DNA of 64,000 nt, from positions 48,484,001 to 48,548,000 of the forward strand of contig NC_043012.1 in assembly GCF_006345805.1 (NCBI RefSeq), read 5' to 3'. Position 1 is the first letter of the stretch; every line of letters begins with the position of its first letter. A program made the position numbers and the translations under genes. Below the pieces are notes generated by a model, which ran no database searches, was not told the origin of the DNA, and was given only the letters and a program-made list of their open reading frames with translations. Positions 53,480 through 64,000 of this stretch are shown one piece after another. The DNA comes from Octopus sinensis. Lineage: Eukaryota.

Positions 53480-56340
53480 GATCCTAGGTCCTACCTCCTC
53501 ACCCTCCATCACCGTTTGAAGGATCATCTACGTTCGCTTCCTGTATATTGCCTTCAGCCGTCCGTTATCTCTCTCTACTTCTTTCTTAAAAACCCCTTCT
53601 CTAGCCATGTCTCTTTCCTAACCGCTGCCTACATCACCGACTCATCCCTAAAGGTTTCCGCCTCCACTTCCACCCTGCTCTCCACTCGGATTCTTCCATC
53701 CTACCCATACTCCGCCCCACATCTTACCGCCTTATGCGGGCCACCATTCGCTCCAATCTCTCCAAACTACATGCCATCAACCGCCTTCTTTCCTCCTGCT
53801 TTCTCCACCTTCTTCTCCTCTCTGCCGCCTCTCTCTATGCTCCAAACACGCTACGCTTCATTATCCATTTGAATCAACTCTTCCATCAATTTCTTTCTGA
53901 TACCAAACTTCGTAAACTCCAATCAACTCTTCCTTCCACCCTACCCGACGCCCCTACCCCAACTCCTCACACCACCCTCTCCCCCCCGATAGGCTCCATC
54001 CCCCCACCCTAACCCCACTGCCCCTCCCTACAACCCCTTCTCCCCTCCCGTTAGGCTCCATCCACCTACACCTAACCCTACTGCCCCGCCCAACCACCCC
54101 CCACACCTCCCCAATCCCTCCCCCTCAGACCTCCACGAGACCTACCACCCCTCCTACTTCTATCCACCCACCCTTTCTCCACTTCCGTCTGTTGTTACCA
54201 TTCCCCCCGATCTTCCCCTCTCCTGCGGCTGAACGCTCCGTCCTTGGTAGGGGTCTGCGTTTCATCCCCCTCACTCCATCCTGTAAGGAATTCCAGACGC
54301 GAGTTGATGTCCACAGCTTTGTGCGTCGTGTCCGGTTGGGTGCGCATTACCCACGACTCGCCACCCACCCCCAACGAAGGGACTGCTTCACTGGCCTGGG
54401 CCGCCGACCATCCCCGTGGACGCCTGCCCCTGGCCAGATCTTAGCAGTGGACTCTTTTCGCGGGCGCTTGTCAGCGTGCATTGGAGCGGTTCAACTTCTC
54501 CAGGCGCCAACGCCGCCTCAACATCTCCCCGGCTGAGCTCTTGGCTCTTCGTTCCCTCCAACGGCGCGCTGACATTATCATCAAACCGGCTGACAAGGTG
54601 GAGCTGTAGTGGTGTGAGCCGGACCTCTATAGGGCCGAGGCTTTCCGCAACTCAATGACACCTCCTCTATTCCCCTCTGCCCTCTAACCCACACGTAGCT
54701 ACCAACAGACGGTATCCTCTACTGTCCAAGACCTCATCTCGTCCTCCCGTCTCCCCGCCCGCATCCAACCTAATTGTGCGAACCCCACGTACCCCCCCCA
54801 TTTACTTCCTCCCCAAAATCCACAAACCCACAACCCTGGCCGCCCCATCGTCTCCGGCTGTAACTGCCCCACGGAGCTCATCTCTAAATACCTCGACCGT
54901 GTCCTTGCCCCCCTAGTGGCATCTCTTCCCTCCCACATCCCGATACCAACCATGCTCTCCGCTTTTCAACTCTTTCTCCTTTCCTCCCGGCTCCTCCAAA
55001 ATCCTTTTACTATGGACATCCAAAGCCTCTATACTGTTATCCCTCACCACGAAGGACTGCAGGCCCTTCGAACACTTTCTTGACCTCCGCTCTAATCCTG
55101 TACCTGACACCTCCACACTCATTCGTCTGGCCGAACTTGTCCTTACTCTGAACTGCTTCTCGTTCGCGGGCGAGTCTACCATCAGGTCTCGGGAGTGGCC
55201 ATGGGAACGCGAATGGGCACCAACTATGCGAACCTGTTCGTTGGCTATGTTGAGGCCCAAATATTCTCTAATTTCACTGGTCCCACTCCTGAACTATATG
55301 GTCGTTATATTGACGACATTATCGGTGCCACCTCACTCTCCCGCGAACATCTAGATTCTTCCTCTCTTTCGTCCAATCTTCCATCCAGCCCTCCACTTCA
55401 CTTCCACTATCTCCACACCTCTGTCTCCTTCCTCGACATTTCGGTTAGCATTCTTCACTCCACTCTTACCACCTCCATTCACTACAAACACACAGACTCA
55501 CACTCATACCTCAACTTCTCTCCTCCCACCCAGAACACACCAAGCTTTCCATCCCCTATTCCCAATTCCTCCGTCTACGTAGGCTCTGTAGTGACGACCA
55601 TGACTTTGAGACTCAGTCTCAACGTATGGCTCACCACTTCACCCTACGTGGATACCCCCTCACCACTATCCACACCGCCCTTGCCAGAGCACGGTCCGTG
55701 GACCGTGTATCTGCTCTCTCTCCCCGAACCCGCCCTGTAGTCTCTCCGCCTCCCTTTTCCCCTCACTTACCACCCCACACCCTACGTCTCCAACGCACCA
55801 TTCTTCGAGCTTTCCGTCATCTCCAGTCCGACCCGTCCACTTCACACCTCTTCCCTAACCGACCCCTCCCCTCTTTCAAACGAGCCCCCAACCTTCGAGA
55901 CCTTTTGGTCCATAGCTCCTTCCCTGACCCTACCTCCCAACCCGGCTCGTTCCCCTGCTCCCGCCCACGTTGCCGCACTTGCCCTTACCTCTCCAAACCA
56001 CCCACCTCACTAGCACCCACCATCGACCCTATACCATCATCCCTCCTTCACCTGCACCTCCAGCAATATTATCTATTGCATCTCTTGCTCTCTCTGCAAT
56101 TCCTTGTACATCGGACAAACGGGACGCCGCTTGGCTTGACCGGTTCGCGGAACACCTTCGTGACATCCACCTTGCGAACGACACACCGGTCTCACGCCAT
56201 TTCCGCTCCACCGGTCACTCCTTGCACACCTATCTGTGTTTCGGTTGTCCTTACACAGAGCCATCCGGATTCCCGTTTGCGCCGTGAACAGGAATTAATC
56301 TTCTCTCTTCGCTCTTATACGCCATTTGGTCTCAACTCTC
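53480..56340 (+). mobile_element. Penelope-like retroelement (Neptune-type), frameshifted RT plus GIY-YIG ORF
   Basis: Joined frames give HRLIPKGFRL, LGRGLRFIP, IIIKPADK, LPKIHKP, GRPIVSGCNCPTE, MDIQSLYT, AMGTRMGTNYANLF, RYIDD (55303-55317), FLDI, CSRPRCRTCPY, NIIYCISCSLC and YIGQT, EHLRD, EQELIFSL, GLN. Confidence 0.95.
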
Positions 56341-56943
56341 CCCCCCCCTCCTCATCTAACCCCCCGCCCCCTCCTCACCTATCCTTTCTCCCCCCGACCC
56401 CTACTTCTTCAGTCCTTCATCCTTTCACCCCTACTCTCCTCCTTTCCCTCACCCCTCTTCCCCTCCCTTCTTCCTCTTTCCCTCCATCTTCCCCTCCTCT
56501 GCTCCCTCTCTCCCTTCCTTCTCCCCCATCCTCTACTCTTCCCCTTCTCCTCCCCCTCTTCTTCCCCTCCCCTTCTCTCCCCCCTCTTCTCCCCCTCCCC
56601 TCTTCTCCTCACTACACCACATGACTTTACACATCACATCACACATGATGTTGCCATACTGATACACACACCAACTAATACATACTACTACGTACTATAC
56701 ATACTAGTACATACTATACTTACACACCACCTATACATACACACATATGTGTGTGTTTGTACAGATGTGCATTTATGCATGCATATGTATATAATATATA
56801 TATGTATATATATATATACACACATATACATATATATACACACATATACATGTATGTATATTCAATTTCAATATATGCAACATATATAACATATATGTGT
56901 GTGTAAGTGTGTGTATGTATGTATACGTAAATATATATATATA

Positions 56944-57027
<84 letters not shown>

Positions 57028-57479
57028 TATATATATTATACACACATTATTTTCCCATTAAACTCTCAACGCCAAAGTGTTACTTATTTCTGGCTCTTAC
57101 TTTTCGCAGCGCATTCTTCTCTTCTAGATTTCTTCTTTCTCTCCGTCCTTCTTGCTTTCTGTCTCGTTTCCTTTTTTCTAGACCACCCCGTGTATGTAGC
57201 TTAAACGATTTTATTTTCGTCTTGCAGTAATAACATGATGTAAGATATTGGCGTTGGAGTAGAAATTCACAAAGCTTTGTCGATGGTTTCAACAAGGTAA
57301 AGGGAGAGAGTTGGGGTTTGTTGTTTTTGAATTAAGGACTCGCAAGTCTTTGCTATCGTTGAAGCATATCACACCACATACTCAAAGATTCGTCAAGTAA
57401 ACATGTAGATCGTGAATCAGAATTCTTAGAGAATTTCTATGAACTATATCAGAGGCCCTTTTAAATGTCTATGAATACA

Positions 57480-57655
57480 TGCATAGGTTATGTGTATTTC
57501 AGATGTGCTTGAATCAATTTATATATGTATGTATGCATGTATGTATGTATGTATGTATGTATGTATGTATGTATGTATGTATATGTATGACGCGTGTATA
57601 TATTTATATGTATATATATATATATATATGCAAGTATGCATCTCTCTGTATATCT

Positions 57656-57701
<46 letters not shown>

Positions 57702-57747
57702 GTATATGTATATGCATACACACATGCATACTCACACACACTCAAAT

Positions 57748-57793
<46 letters not shown>

Positions 57794-57825
57794 TAGTGCA
57801 TATATATATTTATATAAACATGTAC

Positions 57826-57864
<39 letters not shown>

Positions 57865-58138
57865 GATATGCATGTATGTATGTATATATGTATGTATGTA
57901 TGTATTTATATATGTATATATGTATGTATGTGTGTATGTATGTATGTATGTATATATGTATATATGTATGTATGTGTGTATGTATGTATGTATGCATGCA
58001 TGCATGTATGTGTGTATGTATGTATGCATGTATGTATGTATGTATATATGTATGTATGTATGTAAGTATGTATGTATGTATGTATGTATGTATGTATGTA
58101 TGTATGTATATATGTATGTATGTATGTATGTGTGTATG

Positions 58139-58172
<34 letters not shown>

Positions 58173-58328
58173 TATATGTATGTATGTATGTAAGTATGTA
58201 TGTATGTATGTATGTGTGTATGTATGTATGTATGCATGCATGCATGTATGTGTGTATGTATGTATGCATGTATGTATGTATGTATATATGTATGTATGTA
58301 TGTAAGTATGTATGTATGTATGTATGTG

Positions 58329-58362
<34 letters not shown>

Positions 58363-58380
58363 TGTATGTATATATGTATG

Positions 58381-58414
<34 letters not shown>

Positions 58415-58455
58415 TGTATGTATGTGTGTATGTATGTATGTATGTATGTATGTGT
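57480..58455. repeat. (TA)n/(ATGT)n microsatellite field with internal block duplication
   Basis: Directly visible; the GCATGCATGC-containing block recurs about 240 bp apart. Confidence 0.95.
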
Positions 58456-58694
58456 AGCCTTAAACAAGCAGTGAATCTAAGAATTTGCTTCTCACTGGTG
58501 CAGGTAAAAGAAAATAATAGATCAGTAGTCAAAGTAACAGCAGCAACAGCAACAGCAACAACAACCGCAGCAACAATAACAACAGCATTATCAGTAACAA
58601 CAGCAGCTGCCAGTCTGGGCGACAATAGCGAAGGCAACAAAGAACATCAGTGGAAAACACCAGGAAAGGATAACAACAGTGGTACAGCAGAAAT

Positions 58695-58731
<37 letters not shown>

Positions 58732-59181
58732 GCAACAACAACAGGACTGGTTGCATCAGCAACAGCCAGCTGCAAGAACACTTGCACGAAGAAGAAAGTC
58801 CACTGGTGAGGATACATCACCTGCACCAATGAGCATCAAAGATTATCAATAGACAGAGCAGCAAAGAGGAACAGTAAGAACGGCAGCACCAAGAACAACA
58901 ACAGCAATAGCAGCGGCGGCGGCAACAGTAGCGGCAACCACCACCACACCACCACAATAGCTAAAGCATGAGTGATGATATTTCTGACAGTAACAATAAC
59001 ATCGACAACAATTAGAGTGAGTGAATAACAAAGAAAGTAACGAAAACGGCAGCAGCCAGATTGAAGACTCTCTGAAACAATGGCGCAACAGCACGAGTGA
59101 AGAATATCTGTAACAGCAGCAGCATCAACAGCAGCAATGAGAGAGGAGCTTTGAGTAATAACAACTTTGCAGCAACAAAAG

Positions 59182-59584
59182 TCTTTTCTACTCTAGGCAA
59201 AAGGCCTGAAATTTTAGGAGAGGGGGCCAATCGATTAGATCAATCCCAGTTTGCAACTGGTACTTCATTTATCGATCCCCCACCCCAAAGGATGAAAGGC
59301 AAAGTCGACATCGGCAGAATTTGAATTCAGAACGTAGCGACGGGCGAAATACCTATTTCTTTACTACCCACAAGGGGCTAAACATAGAGGGGACAAACAA
59401 GGACAGACATAGGTATTAAGTCGATTACATCGACTCCAGTGCGTAACTGGTACTTAATTTATCGACCCCGGAAGGATAAAAGGCAAAGTCGACACCGGCA
59501 GAATTTGAATTCAGAACGTAGCGCCGGGCGAAATACCGCTAAGCAATTCGTCCGGCGTGCTAACGATTCTGCCAGCTCGCCACC
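59182..59584 (-). mobile_element. SINE family A, two modules
   Basis: Reverse complement of head (CTGCCAGCTCGCCACC), modules and tail. Confidence 0.87.
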
Positions 59585-59643
59585 TTAAAAAACAAAATGA
59601 AAGGATTTAAAGCAACAAAAATAACAGCAGCAACAGCAAGTGA

Positions 59644-60000
59644 AGGCGCAATGGCCCAGGGGTTAGGGCAGCTGACTCGCGGTCGGAGGATCGCGGTTTC
59701 GATTCCCAGACCGGGCGTTGTATGTGTGTTTATTGAGCGAAAAACACCTAAAGCTCCACGAGGCTTCAGCAGGGGGTTGTGGCGATCCCTGTTGTACTCT
59801 TTCGCCCCAACTTTCTCTATTTCTTCCTGTTTCTTGCCCCCGACTTCCTACTCAACCGCTGAGCCTGGATGCGCATTCATCCATCCGTCAATGCTCTCGG
59901 TGTCGGGGGTTGACCTGCTTTCTCTTCTGCGGGTCTTACGAATAACAAAGGACCACGTTTCGGACTTTTCTCATCATGCGAGCTCTGGGACGAAGACCTA
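59644..60000 (+). mobile_element. SINE family C head with a different 3' half
   Basis: About 190 bp colinear with the 20085-20396 copy up to TCCTGTTTCTTG, then unrelated. Confidence 0.75.
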
Positions 60001-60363
60001 TCGCTCAACAGCAACAACAACCATTATGAAGATGAACAGCAACAACAAGGGCAGAAGGTAACAGTAATGAGAACCAGAAAAAAAAAGTAATGCCAGCAAA
60101 CGTGATGATTTTCAGTAACAACAACGCAGACGACAATCGCGCCTTCCCAACACACACTGCTACACGAATGGATTCACAATGTACAAAAGCTCCGATATCA
60201 AAAAATTCCAATATATTGCTGCAACCAGGGAGGTTACATCAAAGTTGTTACTTCACTTGCTAGACACACTAGCCATATCATCTTCAAATTCGGTGCTATC
60301 GAAGTTAATGATAGATTAGATATTTAGTGCTTCCCTAAGATACTAAAAGACAAGATGACCATG

Positions 60364-60778
60364 GGATCTTTTCGGTTTGAACGGCAGTTTTTAACATAAT
60401 TTCTAGGTAACTAAAACATTTTAAACTTCCTATACTGGTAGAATGTGTTTATAAAACATCTTTTCTCTTAGCTTTATTGAGAATATTCTATAGTTTATAA
60501 GATATTTGTTGTTTTTTCTGCAATTTCTGCAATTTCAACCAATCACTGACACTATTGAGGTAAAAAAAAAACATTCTGTGCTGTATGAATATGTCCCTCG
60601 TTTAAGAAACAGATTGGGTTTATTTACATTTGTGAAGAAAAAATATACCCTTCCCCCTAACCATAACCCCAACCCTAAAATAGATTGAAATGCAATAGAT
60701 CGATACTAGGGTCATAATTATGGGTGACAATTTCATATGACACCGCTAGAAAAACTGCCGTTCAAACCGAAAAGATCC
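60364..60778 (-). mobile_element. MITE, second copy of the 46549-46970 family
   Basis: Same TIRs; interior is the reverse complement of the first copy. Confidence 0.9.
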
Positions 60779-61354
60779 CTTCGTTAATATGTCTTAAATG
60801 GCTCAAATCTTGTCAGCAACAAACAACAGCATCAACAACAAGAAGAATAACATCAACACAACAATGGTGACAAAAATAATAATAATAATACAATTCAAGT
60901 GAAGTATGGGGGCATGCGCGGTTACAGTGTGTCGCTGCATCTACCATTCTTCGGTATTTGCTCGGGTCTTCCCGGGGAACCCTCTGAGCAGAGTTCTAAT
61001 CATTTCCCATCTCTGCGAGATACTCCCTTATCCTGTGTGACCCTGTGGTATGTGACCGACCATCGTGAGTTGTTACCCCATTCGGATCTTTAAAGAAGAG
61101 AACACGATATGAAGAACCGAACCAGGAAAATCGAGCAACATGACCAAACAGCTATACAAGTAACAGAACACGTATCAGTTTCTGAGTATAGCTGATGTTT
61201 GGATACGAAATCGGACAAATGCTAACCGATGATTCTACAGAGGACGCCAGCAGACACAAAAACAATAGCAATAAAGAATCCATTAAACTATTTTCTTTGG
61301 CGCTCTACCGAGTCAGCACCTTTACAACATAATTAATAAGAAAACGTTGTTTCT

Positions 61355-61550
61355 GTTATAGGCACAAGGTCTGAAATCTATGGGGAATGGCGGTCGATTA
61401 CGTCGACTCCAATACTCGCTTCGTACGTATTTTTTCCGTCTGCAAGGATGAAAGACACGTGCTTCCTCGGCGTAATTCGAAATTAGAACGTAATGGCTTT
61501 ATCTAAATACTGTTACTCATTTTTTGCAACATTCTTACGATTCTTACATA
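61355..61550 (-). mobile_element. SINE family A, decayed
   Basis: ATAGGCACAAGGTCTGAAAT...GTCGATTACGTCGACTCC...CCTCGGCGTAATTCGAAATTAGAACGTA. Confidence 0.6.
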
Positions 61551-61622
61551 AATGATTGAGTGAACCAGCAAATATTATGCGTCCTGTTCTTTGCCTCTAA
61601 AGAATACATGCATACACACACA

Positions 61623-61690
<68 letters not shown>

Positions 61691-61737
61691 TAGATATAGA
61701 TAGATAGATAGACAGATAGATATAGATATATACACAT

Positions 61738-61781
<44 letters not shown>

Positions 61782-61790
61782 TATATACAC

Positions 61791-61827
<37 letters not shown>

Positions 61828-62737
61828 ATACACATATACACATATATATATGTATATACTTATATATATATATATATATACACATACATATATGTATAAT
61901 AAATATATGTATACATATATAGATAGACATATTGACAGATAGATAGATAAATGTGTGTACATATCTATGTATATATATATATATATATATATAATACACA
62001 CACGCAAGTGCGCGGATACATGTGGATATACATATAAATTGCCTTAATTAGTTACCCCGCGTAATAATGGTTAGAATTATCTTATTCACTCACAATATGT
62101 GTTGTGGTGTTTACTGTTTGGTGCTGTGTTACAACTCTACACCGTCAATCATTGAGAGACAGCCTAGCTCCATCCAGAAACAATGAGGAGGGAGAAAAAA
62201 AACATACTTTAGAATATTTACTGGAAATGTGTGTCATGAAGCTCTTTTCAAACAGCTTCCGAACTAATTCCCAAGAGTCCAACAAGAAAACGGCGCCGTT
62301 ATGAGTTGGCGTATCTGGGAATTTGAAAGAAAACCAAAATACAAAGAAAGTGTAAAGAGATATAAATAAGTAAATAAAATGTAATGGAATTCGAATTGTT
62401 GCTTGGTTACTATCAACTTGATCCTGTTTTCTTTTATTCATTGAATATCATTGACATTCTTCTAGCGTTATATATTCACAAATCTGAAGTTTGGATTGCT
62501 AAAAGAAACAAAACACAAAGACAGAAAGAATAAAAAAAGATATGAGAATGACAGAATGAAAGAATTTTAACGAACAAACAAAACGAACGCACCAAATATA
62601 AAGTGAAACAGTCAAACAGTCAAACAAAACAATCAAGTGTTATAAAACACACTGGGAGATGAATAATCACACAATTGACAGAGCTGTGCGCATGAATATG
62701 TGATTGTAAGCGTATGTGTATATGCATATATATATAC

Positions 62738-62784
<47 letters not shown>

Positions 62785-63043
62785 TATATATGCATATATA
62801 AGCATGCATAATCATGCACATGTATGTATGTCTACATGTGTGTGTGTGTATTTATATATATGTATATGTAAATATGTATATGAGCAAGCATACGTATCTA
62901 TCTATCTATATAGATAGATAGATAGATATGTATGTATTATGTATGTAGATATGCATATGACATATATATATACACACACGCACATATATATGAATATTAT
63001 GTTATTCTATATAAAGATAAATAATGCTATACACGTACGAATG

Positions 63044-63107
<64 letters not shown>

Positions 63108-63429
63108 GTGTGTTTCTGAGTCGATATATGTATGCGTGGCAATTGCTAAACCAAAAAACATGGTTCCATTTTTCACAGTCTGTTGCAAGAAATACACGTT
63201 TCATAGAAATGGATGTCAAAATAATTCACCATTTAAAATTTTTCAAGGATATCCGATTTCACAAACGGAAAATAGTTAATAAGACAGATACAGTTTTATG
63301 GAATCTAACAAAGGCTTTGCAAATAAATGAAATAGAATCAGAACACAATTACTGCGCATGTATATTTTCATAATTTGCATACATTAAAAAATAACTGTAT
63401 CCAATGTTTCGGTGAATTTTTCCGCTTCC

Positions 63430-63431
63430 TC

Positions 63432-63527
<96 letters not shown>

Positions 63528-63693
63528 AAGAAAGAAAGAAAACTGGAAGAAAAAGGAAAAGATAGATAGATGGTAGACAGATAGACAGATAGACAGATAG
63601 ATACATACATACATACATACATGCTTACATACATTCATACACACATACATACATACATGCATACATATGTAGGTAGGTAGGTAGGTAGGTAGG

Positions 63694-63728
<35 letters not shown>

Positions 63729-63756
63729 TGATAGATAGATAGATAGATAGATACAC

Positions 63757-63842
<86 letters not shown>

Positions 63843-63890
63843 GTAAGTAGTTAGTTAATTATAGGTAGGTAGGTAGGTAGGTAGGTAGAT
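63430..63890. repeat. (GATA)n/(CATA)n/(GGTA)n microsatellites
   Basis: Directly visible. Confidence 0.95.
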
Positions 63891-63897
63891 AAATAAA

Positions 63898-64000
63898 TTG
63901 AAGGCTTCTGACATTGCAAAACTGCTAGAAGTTAGTCCAAGAACGTGTGTTACATATCTTTATAAGCTTGGATATTATGGACGAACCGCTAGAAGAAAAC
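63898..64000 (+). mobile_element. Tc1/mariner transposase fragment (second HTH region), runs off the window
   Basis: In-frame LKASDIAKLLEVSPRTCVTYLYKLGYYGRTARRK resembles the Tc1 motif vSxxTvxrxLxxxGxxgrxarkKP. Confidence 0.68.

Noticed and set aside
57488-58809. Long ORFs (up to 249 aa) of HTYI/MYVC repeats, and all similar YI/CV/II ORFs in the window
   Set aside because: They are stop-free readings of microsatellites.
60899-61093. ORF with ICSGLP and WYVTD as a CR1/L2 RT relic
   Set aside because: Similarity to SGVPQG and YADD is too weak to call.

Overview
AT-rich, microsatellite-saturated animal DNA with no recognisable host gene. The repeat landscape looks like a coleoid cephalopod, probably Octopus; this is inferred from the SINE and repeat content only. 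Nearly all ORFs in the supplied track are artefacts of (TA)n, (CA)n, (TAA)n, (ATGT)n and (GATA)n repeats. Real content: (1) a near-full-length, frameshifted Penelope-like element (PLE, RT plus GIY-YIG) at about 52.6-56.5 kb with an upstream hammerhead-like motif; (2) solo hammerhead-bearing PLE end fragments; (3) a decayed Naiad-like GIY-YIG with TGA at the first Cys of its CxC motif; (4) two 3' ends of R4/Dong-type RLE LINEs abutting (TAA)n; (5) a ~0.5 kb non-coding element also found at (TAA)n, whose tandem copies carry a 24-bp array copied from the element's own end; (6) three tRNA-derived SINE families; (7) several MITE/foldback and Helitron-like elements, RTE relics and a Tc1 transposase fragment at the right edge. 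Coordinates were read by eye and may be off by a few bases.
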